The notes: generated by a model not told the origin, from the letters alone. A DNA stretch of 64,000 bases from a phage (GCA_019338205.1 GCA_019338205.1_4761.1); one strand, 5' to 3'. Positions 1 through 9,282 are shown, counted from the first letter of the stretch. Numbers and translations: made by a program.

Positions 1-26
1 AATTTATACAAAGATTAAGATAGTAG

Positions 27-55
27 TTGACAATAAGAAATGGGAGTAGTAAAAT
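27..55 (+). promoter_or_regulatory. sigma70-type early promoter with embedded stem-loop (PeSL-like)
   Basis: TTGACA 27-32, 17-nt spacer, TAAAAT 50-55; inverted repeat GGGAGTA 42-48 / TACTCCC 55-61 spans the -10. Confidence 0.55.
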
Positions 56-86
56 ACTCCCATCTAATCAAGAAGGAGAATCAACA

Positions 87-359
87 ATGCGTAAGATGTT
101 TAAATCCGGTGTGGCCTATGTTTTTAAATCTGAGCAAGCACGTAAAGACTTCCTAGAGGATGACTACGAAGGATTGAAAGATACCTACGAAGTCATCAAG
201 AATGGGTTTACTGTTCTTAAAGTGTCACCTATTGGTTATGTAAGTGAAATCTCGGTTGATGGGAAAACATATACCGCTAAAGACTTTGATCCGCGTTGGG
301 AATTTATGCTTCTTCCGTGTGACCGCATTCTGTTTCGTGCTGTTCAATTAGTGAAATGA
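87..359 (+). CDS. hypothetical protein, repeat-domain family member A1 (GFxVLKV...DG.xYT motif)
   Basis: ATG at 87 preceded by AAGGAGAATCAA leader; track ORF 27..359 trimmed to first ATG; paralogous to 374..934, 998..2176, 2231..2725. Confidence 0.65.
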   Translation: MRKMFKSGVAYVFKSEQARKDFLEDDYEGLKDTYEVIKNGFTVLKVSPIGYVSEISVDGKTYTAKDFDPRWEFMLLPCDRILFRAVQLVK

Positions 360-373
360 TAGAGGATTATATT

Positions 374-934
374 ATGGTACAGAAAACATACAAAGTATAT
401 TCGGTTAAGTCACCCAATGACGCTGTTTTTGAACGAGGTCGTTACTATACTTTCCGTAGTGCAGAAACAGTCGCAGAATTTATCAAACGATGTCCGCAAC
501 ATAATAAGTTCTTGTATGACGTGCTTTGTAACGGCTTTAAAGTTCTCACTGTTGATGCGATGGGGCGTGTGTATCTGGTAGAAACTCATGAGTATGAAGG
601 TGCATCTGTTCTGATTGCTGCAAACGAGCGAAAATACTTTAAACGCATCACTAAAAAGCAGTTTGAAGAAATGAAACCAATTAAGAAAGAAGAATCTCTG
701 GAAGATCTGATTAACTTGTTTGCGAAGTCTTCTTTGGTATCATTGACGCTGGAAGATTTTAGCTTTGATAATCAGCTATACTTTAAAAATGCCGATGACT
801 TGAAAGATTTTCTGATTGAGAATAAACCTAAGCTAGAAACCTATATCAAAGGTGAGATTAAGCGCATGGAACATCAAGCAAAATATAGCGCAGATAAAGT
901 AGCTGAACTGAAAGAGATCCAAAGGTCACTTTAA
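374..934 (+). CDS. hypothetical protein, repeat-domain family A2 (domain ends NERKYFKRI, Lys/Glu-rich C-terminal tail)
   Basis: ATG 374 after GAGGATTATATT leader; shares NERKYFKRI and GFKVL motifs with 998..2176. Confidence 0.65.
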   Translation: MVQKTYKVYSVKSPNDAVFERGRYYTFRSAETVAEFIKRCPQHNKFLYDVLCNGFKVLTVDAMGRVYLVETHEYEGASVLIAANERKYFKRITKKQFEEMKPIKKEESLEDLINLFAKSSLVSLTLEDFSFDNQLYFKNADDLKDFLIENKPKLETYIKGEIKRMEHQAKYSADKVAELKEIQRSL

Positions 935-937
935 CGC

Positions 938-966
938 TTGACATGATGAAACGGGAGTAGTAAGAT
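938..966 (+). promoter_or_regulatory. PeSL-like early promoter
   Basis: TTGACA 938-943, TAAGAT 961-966, GGGAGTA/TACTCCC inverted repeat around the -10. Confidence 0.55.
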
Positions 967-997
967 ACTCCCATCTAAACAACGAGAGGATTATATT

Positions 998-2176
998 ATG
1001 GCTAAATTCTTTGAAGGGCATTACTACGCATTCCGTGAAGGCGGTAAAGATGAGTTTCTAGACTTTTCTCGCTATTCAATTACTCTGACCGATACTTCGC
1101 GCCGTGGTCATATTCGGGTTGCTGAAATTGTAGAAAAGGGCTTTAAAGTATTAGAAAAAGATGACCACGGTCATGTTGTTACTATTGAAGCTGGAGATGT
1201 AGTTTATTCCGCTGAGGATATCGTTTATTATTGGGCTACTATGATTATGCACAATGAGCGCAAATACTTTAAACGCATCTCAAAAGAGGCATACGAAGCG
1301 ATGAACAAGAAAGAGGATGCAATGCCGACTTACTTTGAAAAAGGTAAATGTTATTCGTTTACCCCGGAAGGTTTGCAAGAATTTAAGCGATTCTGGGGAG
1401 AGCATGATCCAGAGCACAAAGAAGCCATGAAACTTGTTGATTTTGTCGAATATGGCTTTTTAGTTGAAGAAGAATTGCACGGATCGGCTACCATGATCAC
1501 CGCGAAAGGTGAAACTGTTAAGGCGGATCGTTTTTGTGACCAATGGAATTGCTTGTTTGACGGTAGCGAATTTGAATACTTCGCGGAAATCACGCGAGTT
1601 GAATATGTCCGTATGCAAGAGCGTGGTCAGAGATTTAAAGTAGGCGAACGATACAAGCCAAATCCACATAATTTGCCTCATTGGTTTAATACTGAAACCG
1701 TATCCAGTCATGTTATTGAAATTATTAAAACGCTGGAACATGGATTTAAGGTAACTAAAGTAGATTCTTTCGGAAGTGTTGACGCTGTTGAAGTTGATGG
1801 TGTAGAATATACTCCTAAATCTTTCGGGCTTTGCTGGTATCACCTGATCAGCAATGATGAACGTTATTACTTTGTTGAACTGCCATCTGAACCGGAAGAA
1901 GCACTAGAAGATCATGATCATCTGTCTGAACTGGTTAAGCTGTTTGGTGATCTGCCGGATGGTGTAGGGGTGGCGGTAATGGGTGAAGGTGCTGTTATCC
2001 GAAACCTGAAAGACTTTAAAAAGTTCTTGATTGACATGCTGCCTAAACTTGATGATAATCTCGATAAAGATATTCAGAATCGCAAAGAAATTGTTAAAGA
2101 TACTGAAAAAGAGATCGAAGAGATTCGAGCAATTCGCCAGAAGGTGAAAGCAGTAAAGAAAAAAGTTAGTTCTTGA
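998..2176 (+). CDS. hypothetical protein with three tandem copies of the family repeat domain plus coiled-coil tail
   Basis: 392 aa; internal repeats ending NERKYFKRI / NDERYYFVEL; GFKVLEKDDHG, GFKVTKVDSFG motifs; GAGGATTATATTATG leader. Confidence 0.7.
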   Translation: MAKFFEGHYYAFREGGKDEFLDFSRYSITLTDTSRRGHIRVAEIVEKGFKVLEKDDHGHVVTIEAGDVVYSAEDIVYYWATMIMHNERKYFKRISKEAYEAMNKKEDAMPTYFEKGKCYSFTPEGLQEFKRFWGEHDPEHKEAMKLVDFVEYGFLVEEELHGSATMITAKGETVKADRFCDQWNCLFDGSEFEYFAEITRVEYVRMQERGQRFKVGERYKPNPHNLPHWFNTETVSSHVIEIIKTLEHGFKVTKVDSFGSVDAVEVDGVEYTPKSFGLCWYHLISNDERYYFVELPSEPEEALEDHDHLSELVKLFGDLPDGVGVAVMGEGAVIRNLKDFKKFLIDMLPKLDDNLDKDIQNRKEIVKDTEKEIEEIRAIRQKVKAVKKKVSS

Positions 2177-2200
2177 CATGCGAAGGGAGTATGCTATAAT
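2173..2200 (+). promoter_or_regulatory. PeSL-like early promoter
   Basis: TTGACA 2173-2178, 16-nt spacer, TATAAT 2195-2200, flanked by GGGAGTA/TACTCCC. Confidence 0.6.
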
Positions 2201-2230
2201 ACTCCCACTTAACAACGAGAGGATTATATT

Positions 2231-2725
2231 ATGTGGGTACAAGATGTTTGGTATACTGTAACTAAAGAAAACCTTGACGCATTCAGCGACCAATCTTGCG
2301 CTAATAGCTCAATTGCTGATATTCTTGAAGATGTGTTTGGTGGTGTAGATAAAATTCGTTTTAAAGTTGTTGTTAATTCTATGGGGTGTGTAAAAGACCT
2401 ATATACCGATGATAAAGACCTTGATCTTAAACTTCATCTTCGTATTGATAATGCAAGTCTAGGTTATTGGTTTGAAGATAACGAGTATGAATACTTCACA
2501 CCAGCAATTAAAGTTTTTGCAACTAAACTGGAAGCTGTACTAAATCTCCGACCAATTAATGTTGACGGTTACATTATCAAAAATATTCAGGAGTGGGATT
2601 CATATCTAGATCAGATTATCCGAAATAGTAAGCAGGAAGCCGCTAATAAGAAGCGACAAGAGATCAAACAACTGAAAGCTGAACTGGAAGCGGCGGAAAA
2701 AGAATTAGCAGAACTGGTAAAATAA
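2231..2725 (+). CDS. hypothetical protein, repeat-domain family A4 with coiled-coil C-terminus
   Basis: 164 aa; GAGGATTATATTATG leader; C-terminal KQLKAELEAAEKELAELVK. Confidence 0.65.
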   Translation: MWVQDVWYTVTKENLDAFSDQSCANSSIADILEDVFGGVDKIRFKVVVNSMGCVKDLYTDDKDLDLKLHLRIDNASLGYWFEDNEYEYFTPAIKVFATKLEAVLNLRPINVDGYIIKNIQEWDSYLDQIIRNSKQEAANKKRQEIKQLKAELEAAEKELAELVK

Positions 2726-2733
2726 CTATCAAC

Positions 2734-2758
2734 GAGCGGGAGAAATCCCGCTTTTTCA
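2734..2758 (+). terminator. rho-independent terminator-like hairpin
   Basis: GAGCGGGA-GAAA-TCCCGCT stem-loop followed by TTTTTC. Confidence 0.55.
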
Positions 2759-2769
2759 TAGGTGATACA

Positions 2770-4632
2770 ATGGAAAAACTAATCAAAGACATTACAGAGA
2801 TCGCAACGGGTAAAGAAAACGAAGTAAGCAAAGAGAACGCGAACAAAGACGCGCGAACATTCCCGACACGTCGAGATCTGATTGCTGGTGCTGTGTCTAA
2901 ACAGATTGCTAAAACCGTGTTACCTGAGCACATCTATAAAGCGCATGTAGACGGTGATATTCATTATCATGATATGGATTATGCACCCGCTATGCCGTTT
3001 ACTAACTGCTGTCTTGTTAATCTAAAAGACATGTTAGAGAATGGTTTTAAATTGGGTAGCGCACAAATCGAAAGTCCGAAATCAATCGGCGTTGCTTGTG
3101 CTGTAACCGCTCAAATTATCGCACAGGTGGCAAGTCATCAATATGGCGGGACCACAATTGCAAATATCGATCAGGTGTTAGCGCCGTATGTTGAGAAAAC
3201 ATATCATAAACACCTTGCTGATGCCGAAACCTACGGAATCAAAGCTAATACTCTCTATGCACAAGAGAAGACAGAAAAAGAAACGCTAGACGGATATCAG
3301 GCGTTGGAATATGAGATCAACACTTTGTTCTCTACCAACGGTCAAACACCTTTTGTGACTTTAACCTTTGGTATGGGTACTAGCTGGGAAGAAAAACTGA
3401 TTCAGAAAGCGATCTTGAAAGTTAGAATTAAAGGTTTAGGTAAAGATGGTATAACTCCGGTGTTTCCTAAGCTGGTGATGTTCTTAGAAGAAGGATTAAA
3501 CCTTAAACCGGAAGATCCGAACTACGACATTAAGCAACTTGCATTGGAATGTTCTAGTAAGCGTCTTTACCCTGATTATATCTCTGCGAAGAATAACCGT
3601 AGTATCACCGGATCTAGTGTTCCGGTTAGCCCGATGGGTTGTCGTAGCTTCCTGGGTGTGTGGCATAATGAGAAAGACGAGGAAGTATTAGACGGACGTA
3701 ATAACTTAGGTGTTGTGACTCTGAATCTTCCGCGTATTGCCCTTATTGCCTCGCGTCGTGCTGGTAAAGCGTCTGTAATGCGCAGAATTGAGCTATTCGA
3801 ACAAGAGCTAGCTAATCGTATGCCTATTTGCTTTGATGCGCTCATGAGTCGCGTAGACGCTTTAAAAGGGGCTAAAGCCAATGTTGCTCCGGTGCTGTAT
3901 ACAGAAGGTGCATTTTTCCGTATTCATCAAAACGATGAAATTTTGGAAGTGCTGAAAGATGGTCGCGCTAGTATCTCTCTTGGATATATTGGTTTACATG
4001 AGGTATTGAGCGTCCTGTTTGGTGTTCATCCGTTTGATTCGGAAGATGCGCAGCGATACGGTAAACATATTCTTAAGATCTTGCGTCATTATACTGAAAA
4101 ATGGAAGGATGAAACCGGACTTGGGTTTAGTCTTTACGGTACGCCAGCCGAGAGCCTTTGCTATCGATTTAATCGACTGGATCGAGAGCAATTTGGTATT
4201 GTTAAGGGTGCTACCGATAAAGACTGGTACACTAACTCATTCCACCTTGACGTAGACCGGAAAGTCACACCATTTGAGAAAATCGACTTTGAGAAAGATT
4301 ATCACTGGCTGGCGTCCGGTGGCATGATCTCTTATGTTGAGTTCCCAGACATGAAAAACAACCTGAAAGGTCTTGAAACTGTAGTAGACTATGCAATGGA
4401 TAAATTGCACTACTTCGGTGTTAATACTCCTTCTGATGTATGTCATGTATGCGGATCTAATAAGGAAATGAGAGCGACCGAGTCTGGTTTTGTTTGCCCT
4501 GATTGCGGCAATGACAATCTGGAAAAGATGAATGTTATCCGTCGCGTTAGTGGATATCTTGGATCTGTTGATCTGCGTCCATTTAACCACGGGAAACATT
4601 CCGAGATGGTAAACCGCGTTAAGCACATGTAA
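2770..4632 (+). CDS. nrdD: anaerobic ribonucleoside-triphosphate reductase (class III RNR), uninterrupted
   Basis: 620 aa; C-terminal glycyl-radical motif RVSGYLG and CxxC zinc ribbon (CHVCGS...CPDCG); same position as T4 nrdD. Confidence 0.93.
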   Translation: MEKLIKDITEIATGKENEVSKENANKDARTFPTRRDLIAGAVSKQIAKTVLPEHIYKAHVDGDIHYHDMDYAPAMPFTNCCLVNLKDMLENGFKLGSAQIESPKSIGVACAVTAQIIAQVASHQYGGTTIANIDQVLAPYVEKTYHKHLADAETYGIKANTLYAQEKTEKETLDGYQALEYEINTLFSTNGQTPFVTLTFGMGTSWEEKLIQKAILKVRIKGLGKDGITPVFPKLVMFLEEGLNLKPEDPNYDIKQLALECSSKRLYPDYISAKNNRSITGSSVPVSPMGCRSFLGVWHNEKDEEVLDGRNNLGVVTLNLPRIALIASRRAGKASVMRRIELFEQELANRMPICFDALMSRVDALKGAKANVAPVLYTEGAFFRIHQNDEILEVLKDGRASISLGYIGLHEVLSVLFGVHPFDSEDAQRYGKHILKILRHYTEKWKDETGLGFSLYGTPAESLCYRFNRLDREQFGIVKGATDKDWYTNSFHLDVDRKVTPFEKIDFEKDYHWLASGGMISYVEFPDMKNNLKGLETVVDYAMDKLHYFGVNTPSDVCHVCGSNKEMRATESGFVCPDCGNDNLEKMNVIRRVSGYLGSVDLRPFNHGKHSEMVNRVKHM

Positions 4633-4637
4633 TTTTC

Positions 4638-4669
4638 AGCCGATCCGAAAGGGTCGGCTTTTTCGTTTT
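4638..4669 (+). terminator. rho-independent terminator
   Basis: AGCCGATCCGAAAGGGTCGGCT hairpin followed by TTTTTCGTTTT directly after the nrdD stop. Confidence 0.7.
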
Positions 4670-4675
4670 GGGGTG

Positions 4676-4703
4676 TTGACAACCTGATTAGCTAATGTAT
4701 AAT
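4676..4703 (+). promoter_or_regulatory. sigma70-type early promoter
   Basis: TTGACA 4676-4681, 16-nt spacer, TATAAT 4698-4703. Confidence 0.6.
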
Positions 4704-4732
4704 GCTCACATCGAAAACAACGAGAGGACAAC

Positions 4733-5275
4733 ATGATGATGATGTTTTGTGTACTGAGCAAAGAAGTTAAACTTCGTAAACTGGAAATTGGCGATGGTGT
4801 TGTTGTTAAAATGCACGCTAGCACATTGGCTAGTTTTAATTTAAAGGAAAGTTTTTTTATTAGAGGAACGGTGGTTAATATCTGCTGGAGTCAATGCGAA
4901 GGAATCCGTAGCTTTTGCGTAATTGACGATGATAATAACCTGTATGTGATTCGCTATCATAATAATTCTGTATTGGTCTATACCGACAATTCACGAGAAT
5001 TATATACTCTTGAATTTGTTAAGCGTACTGATTGCGACCTATTTGTTCGTGCTTATGAAGAAGATGGCTGTTTTGCGACTGAAACAGAAACAAATGAATA
5101 TGTTCCTATGGAAGTAGGGGCAGAAATTAAACACAAGATCACGGATCGTATTTTTAAGGTTGTGGCGGTTGCTCATACTCAATTTGTAGCGCAAGCGCCG
5201 GATGAAGAATTTATTATCTACAATATTGGTAATGCAAGTTCTCATTTTCATAATGTACTATATCGCGACCTTTGA
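4733..5275 (+). CDS. hypothetical protein
   Basis: 180-aa ORF with GAGAGGACAAC leader; no recognisable motif. Confidence 0.6.
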   Translation: MMMMFCVLSKEVKLRKLEIGDGVVVKMHASTLASFNLKESFFIRGTVVNICWSQCEGIRSFCVIDDDNNLYVIRYHNNSVLVYTDNSRELYTLEFVKRTDCDLFVRAYEEDGCFATETETNEYVPMEVGAEIKHKITDRIFKVVAVAHTQFVAQAPDEEFIIYNIGNASSHFHNVLYRDL

Positions 5276-5292
5276 TAATGTGTGAGGTGAAT

Positions 5293-5814
5293 ATGAAATC
5301 ATTAAACCGTAAGCGTAAAGCACAACGACACAAAGAACGAGCTAAAAAGATTGCTATTGAACTCTGTGAGCGTGAGGATAGCTATTTGTCTACTGGTCGT
5401 TTGTATACATTCCATGCATTGATTGATGGTAAGCCAGTGTTGCATAATCATGATTGCTTGGCACTGTTTCACGAGATCGAACCAATCCATCGTGAATGTG
5501 ATGACAACAAAGCAAAAGGTCAATATTTCCTTACGTGTTCGTGTGGTCATGCTGGTTGTGCTGGATATTGGGAACCTGTTACTATCCGTGAGAAAAATGA
5601 TACCATTCAATGGGTCGCCCGTACCCGCGATGGTTATGATAAAGGTGCTGATGGTACTGGCGATAACGTAGTTTACTTTAATCGTGATTGGTATTATATG
5701 GCGCGATGTATGATCCTGTTTTATCTTGACTCGATGCCGTATGAATATTTCAGTTTCCAGAATGGGACCGAACTGACAGGGAAGGAATGGTCTGAATACA
5801 TTCGAAAAATTTAA
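5293..5814 (+). CDS. hypothetical Cys/His-rich protein
   Basis: track ORF 5272..5814 trimmed to ATG 5293 after GAGGTGA; contains CSCGHAGCAGYW. Confidence 0.55.
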   Translation: MKSLNRKRKAQRHKERAKKIAIELCEREDSYLSTGRLYTFHALIDGKPVLHNHDCLALFHEIEPIHRECDDNKAKGQYFLTCSCGHAGCAGYWEPVTIREKNDTIQWVARTRDGYDKGADGTGDNVVYFNRDWYYMARCMILFYLDSMPYEYFSFQNGTELTGKEWSEYIRKI

Positions 5815-5823
5815 AATAAATGC

Positions 5824-5852
5824 TTGACGGGGATCGCGAGATCCCCTATACT
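5824..5852 (+). promoter_or_regulatory. PeSL-like early promoter
   Basis: TTGACG 5824-5829, palindrome GGGGATC-GCGA-GATCCCC in the spacer, TATACT 5847-5852. Confidence 0.55.
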
Positions 5853-5894
5853 ATATTCATCAAGACGAGATACAACTTTACAGGAGAATCAAAT

Positions 5895-6047
5895 ATGTGG
5901 ACTTTACTGATTTGGGAAACTGAAAACGCACAAGTAGAAATCCGTGAATACGAATACCTAAGCCCAGCTTATCTATTAGCATCTCGCGGTGGTTACTATA
6001 AAGCGCAGATTGTAAACGAGTTCGGGGTGATTGAATATGAGTTCTGA
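5895..6047 (+). CDS. small hypothetical protein (50 aa)
   Basis: ATG 5895 after AGGAGAATCAAAT leader; track ORF 5820..6047 trimmed; overlaps the nrdG start. Confidence 0.5.
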   Translation: MWTLLIWETENAQVEIREYEYLSPAYLLASRGGYYKAQIVNEFGVIEYEF

Positions 6048-6540
6048 TACATACGGCAAACTACGCTATGCCGATATTAAAGATTGTGATATGGTTAACG
6101 GTGAGGGAGTGAGAGTCTCCCTTTACGTTACCGGATGTTCACACGCATGTGATGGTTGCTTTAATGCTAGCCTACTCAATCCTAAGAACGGGGAACCATT
6201 CACCGATGATACAATGGGATTGATTCTGGATCTGCTTAGACCTGATTTTATTCAGGGGCTAACATTCTTAGGTGGCGATCCACTGTATAAACGCAATTTA
6301 AAGGGTGTACAGCGGATCATCGATGAAGTAAAATCATGGATGCCAAATAAAGATATTTGGCTATGGTCTGGTTATACCCTTGACCAATTGAATGATGAGC
6401 AAAGAAAAATTGTAGAATCAGTTGACATGTTCATTGATGGGCGTTATATTAAAGATATGCCAACGAAGAAGCCGTGGCGGGGGTCTGACAATCAAGTACA
6501 ATACAAGATTGTTAATAGTATTCCAGTGAAAATTATTTGA
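6037..6540 (+). CDS. nrdG: anaerobic RNR activating protein (radical SAM)
   Basis: CxxxCxxC motif CSHACDGC near the N-terminus; about 167 aa; follows nrdD as in T4. Confidence 0.88.
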   Translation: MSSDTYGKLRYADIKDCDMVNGEGVRVSLYVTGCSHACDGCFNASLLNPKNGEPFTDDTMGLILDLLRPDFIQGLTFLGGDPLYKRNLKGVQRIIDEVKSWMPNKDIWLWSGYTLDQLNDEQRKIVESVDMFIDGRYIKDMPTKKPWRGSDNQVQYKIVNSIPVKII

Positions 6541-6550
6541 GGTGATTATT

Positions 6551-7078
6551 ATGAAATGGGAAGTTGGTAAAACTTACAAGATTGAATGCGAAGCGTCGAA
6601 AGCCGAACTAACTAAATTTTCGTCGTCTATTAACAGATGTATTGTTGACTTGTTGGCTGGTCGCCCGTTTAGGGTAGAAGACCTTGACGATGATGGTGAT
6701 GTTAGAGAAATTACTGTTATTGGTAGTAATTTCGACTCTATGACGTTAAAAGAATCCCCTATTGGCTGTTCCGGCGTGTGGTTTTGGTCGGGTGAGCGTC
6801 GTTTCTTTACCGAAGTTACTATTGAACCTAAGATTCCAGATTCGGAAGAAAAAGAAGAAGACCTAACTTTAGAACGCCTGGGTCTGCTTATGGAAGCCTA
6901 CGACATTCAGTTGATCGATAAGATGGGGTTACATAATAGCATTGCCAAAATTACTACCCTAGAAGGTATTAAGAGCGTACTGGATGGTATGCCTAGCCGG
7001 ATCGGTGCTATCCGAGAATACAAACAAACGCGCGACCGTATGATCCAATTAGAATCACGTATCAAAAATGAGAGATGA
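6551..7078 (+). CDS. hypothetical protein, repeat-domain family B1 (MKWEVGKTY... start)
   Basis: ATG 6551; N-terminal MKWEVGKTY shared with 7083 and 7560 ORFs; RPF...DG...W(F)...ERRFF motif; C-terminal coiled coil. Confidence 0.65.
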   Translation: MKWEVGKTYKIECEASKAELTKFSSSINRCIVDLLAGRPFRVEDLDDDGDVREITVIGSNFDSMTLKESPIGCSGVWFWSGERRFFTEVTIEPKIPDSEEKEEDLTLERLGLLMEAYDIQLIDKMGLHNSIAKITTLEGIKSVLDGMPSRIGAIREYKQTRDRMIQLESRIKNER

Positions 7079-7082
7079 TATT

Positions 7083-7547
7083 ATGAAATGGGAAGTTGGT
7101 AAAACCTATGCGTGGAAAGATGTAAAAGATGCAAACCAATTTTTTAAATGGTATGATGTTGATTATTTGAAATATCTGAGATTACCGTTTAAAGTTGCGT
7201 CGGTTGATGCGAAAAAAGGATACGTGCGGTCTGTATATCTTCATGATGGAACTTATATGAGTTCAACCGATGTAGGTCTATCTTGTTGGTTTCTGGATCA
7301 TGACCGTAGCAGATTTGAAGAAATTATTATTCCAGAAGAATCTAAATTAATTGATCTTCTCAAGTTGGCGATGGATAATTATAAAATCCGCTTTGAATGC
7401 AAATCACATGCGGCTATCGGTGCTAACGCATTGCGTCATATCTCCAGTTTTGAAGAGTTGAAAGATTTTCTTGACAAAATGCCGGAAAGAGTGCAAGCTA
7501 TACAGGAAGCAGAGAAAGCATTAAACGAACTTGATAAAATCGGTTAA
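7083..7547 (+). CDS. hypothetical protein, repeat-domain family B2
   Basis: MKWEVGKTYAWKD N-terminus; C-terminal KDFLDKMPERVQAIQEAEKALNELDKIG tail. Confidence 0.65.
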   Translation: MKWEVGKTYAWKDVKDANQFFKWYDVDYLKYLRLPFKVASVDAKKGYVRSVYLHDGTYMSSTDVGLSCWFLDHDRSRFEEIIIPEESKLIDLLKLAMDNYKIRFECKSHAAIGANALRHISSFEELKDFLDKMPERVQAIQEAEKALNELDKIG

Positions 7548-7559
7548 GGGGAATATATT

Positions 7560-8384
7560 ATGAAATGGGAAATTGGTAAAACTTACACCTGGAAAGACGA
7601 AAACGCTAAAACTGAGTTTATTACTAACGGAGAAGGTGTTCTTTCTCCACTTAACAGCGATATTAGTGCAGCTATTGGTGACAAGCCATTTACCATCATC
7701 GAGATCGAGGGTAACGGTTGGATTGATGCAATAGAGCTAGACGGTGTTTATCATACGGCGAAAACTGCTACAGGAAAAGACATTTGGACTGCAACATATT
7801 TCTTTAGTCCATTCGATAGAAAATTCTTTCGTGAAGTTGAAGAAGTTCCCCAGAAATGGGAAGTTGGTAAAACTTATACTTGGAAAGATGTGAATGCTAT
7901 GACAGACTTCTGCCATTATGCTGAAAACGCATCTAACCTTAATTATGTTATTGCACGAGCAATAAATTATAGACCTTTTACTGTTAAAAATGTTCGTCCA
8001 TGTGGGCAAATTGATGTAATTGAAATTGATGGTAAAGACCATACTCTAATGAGCGCAACCGAAGATAGAGACCATAAAGGAACTAGCTGGTTTATTGATT
8101 CTGATAGAAAATTCTTTCGTGAAGTAGAAGAATTGGAAGTTATAACCACTGATTCTAAGATCGTTGGACAGTTGAAACGTCTGTTTAGTAGTCGTTACGG
8201 CCTGACAATGGTTAAATTTGGCGAAGCAAATGAAGGTAAAACCTTTGAACGTTTCGATGATTTCATTGCGGCACTTGACAAGATGGATGAAATCATGCAA
8301 GATCGCCAGAAGATTAAAGACCTTCAAGAAGACATTAAACGTCGTGAAGTTGAATTTTTGATTGGTAAAGAGCGAGGTTGGTAA
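7560..8384 (+). CDS. hypothetical protein with two tandem copies of the family domain
   Basis: MKWEIGKTYTWKD...RKFFREVEEV then QKWEVGKTYTWKD...RKFFREVEEL internal duplication; 274 aa. Confidence 0.7.
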   Translation: MKWEIGKTYTWKDENAKTEFITNGEGVLSPLNSDISAAIGDKPFTIIEIEGNGWIDAIELDGVYHTAKTATGKDIWTATYFFSPFDRKFFREVEEVPQKWEVGKTYTWKDVNAMTDFCHYAENASNLNYVIARAINYRPFTVKNVRPCGQIDVIEIDGKDHTLMSATEDRDHKGTSWFIDSDRKFFREVEELEVITTDSKIVGQLKRLFSSRYGLTMVKFGEANEGKTFERFDDFIAALDKMDEIMQDRQKIKDLQEDIKRREVEFLIGKERGW

Positions 8385-8385
8385 T

Positions 8386-8868
8386 ATGTTTGTTGCTGGC
8401 GTGACCTATCAGTGGAAAGATAAGAAAACGAGAGAAGATTTTGCAAACTTTAGCGTTGCAAATGATGCAATAGCAGAGTTTATAGGCGACCGTCCATTTA
8501 AAGTTATCGCATTTGATCACCATGCATCGGATGTTGATTATGTTTCTGCGATTGAAATTGATGGCACGGTATACACCTGCTGCAATGTTGATGATGTACG
8601 GGAATACGCGCACAACTGGTTTTTGCAATCAGAAGAACGTCATTTTAAAGTGGTATCGGCAGAACTGACCACTGATGCAATGTTGGAACAATTTTTCAAC
8701 AACTACGAAGTTTCTGTACGTCGATACGGTGAAGAGGAAGTATTTAAAATTGATGACTATAATCAGTTTAAACGAGTATTCGCCACTAAGATCCAACGTG
8801 ATATTGAACGCGAGAAGCGCATTAAGGAACTGGAAGAAGAACTAGAAAGATTAAAGGCTGAGAAATGA
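8386..8868 (+). CDS. hypothetical protein, repeat-domain family B4
   Basis: track ORF 8362..8868 trimmed to internal ATG; VTYQWKD...RPFKV...IEIDG.VYT...WF..EERHFKVV; C-terminal ELEEELERLKAEK. Confidence 0.6.
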   Translation: MFVAGVTYQWKDKKTREDFANFSVANDAIAEFIGDRPFKVIAFDHHASDVDYVSAIEIDGTVYTCCNVDDVREYAHNWFLQSEERHFKVVSAELTTDAMLEQFFNNYEVSVRRYGEEEVFKIDDYNQFKRVFATKIQRDIEREKRIKELEEELERLKAEK

Positions 8869-9134
8869 TCGAGATATACGGTATACCGAAAGAGGCTTAT
8901 CATTGTTATGGTTGTATTAGTGCAATGAAGCTACTGGATGATCTGGGTATTCCGTATACACTTAAACCAGTATTCAAGCCGGTCGGGGTTGACATTATTC
9001 CCGACCGTGATATGATTGAAGAACTGGCGGGGAGGCTAAACTCAAAGAGCCTCCGGTTTGTATACCCCCAGATATTCATTGACAACGAGCACATTGGAGG
9101 CTATAAAGAACTGAGGGCGATTTATGATTATTGA
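8865..9134 (+). CDS. glutaredoxin/NrdH-like redoxin
   Basis: 89 aa; CxxC (HCYGC) near the N-terminus; sits between nrdG and gp55 where T4-type phages carry a glutaredoxin. Confidence 0.6.
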   Translation: MIEIYGIPKEAYHCYGCISAMKLLDDLGIPYTLKPVFKPVGVDIIPDRDMIEELAGRLNSKSLRFVYPQIFIDNEHIGGYKELRAIYDY

Positions 9135-9282
9135 GAATTTAGTTTCGGTGTTCATTATTGCTTTATTTGCTATAATGACTTTACCGTTGAAGAAGTGTAA
9201 GCACTGTAACGGAACAGGATTGCGTGGTGATGGGTGTTGCGCTCATTGTCATGGATCTGGTAAAGTAAGTATCATTAAGTAA
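9124..9282 (+). CDS. small membrane-anchored DnaJ-type zinc-finger peptide (about 52 aa), not on the ORF track
   Basis: hand translation MIIENLVSVFIIALFAIMTLPLKKCKHCNGTGLRGDGCCAHCHGSGKVSIIK: hydrophobic N-terminus plus two CxxCxGxG repeats; coordinates approximate. Confidence 0.4.
   Translation: MIIENLVSVFIIALFAIMTLPLKKCKHCNGTGLRGDGCCAHCHGSGKVSIIK

Noticed and set aside
1351-2293. Minus-strand ORFs 1351-1593, 1460-1843, 1904-2293 on the track
   Set aside because: They lie antisense inside the well-supported plus-strand ORF 998-2176, have no RBS and low-complexity translations; treated as spurious.
2770-4632. Group I intron or intron-encoded endonuclease in nrdD, as in T4
   Set aside because: The nrdD reading frame is continuous over 620 codons, so no intron is needed.
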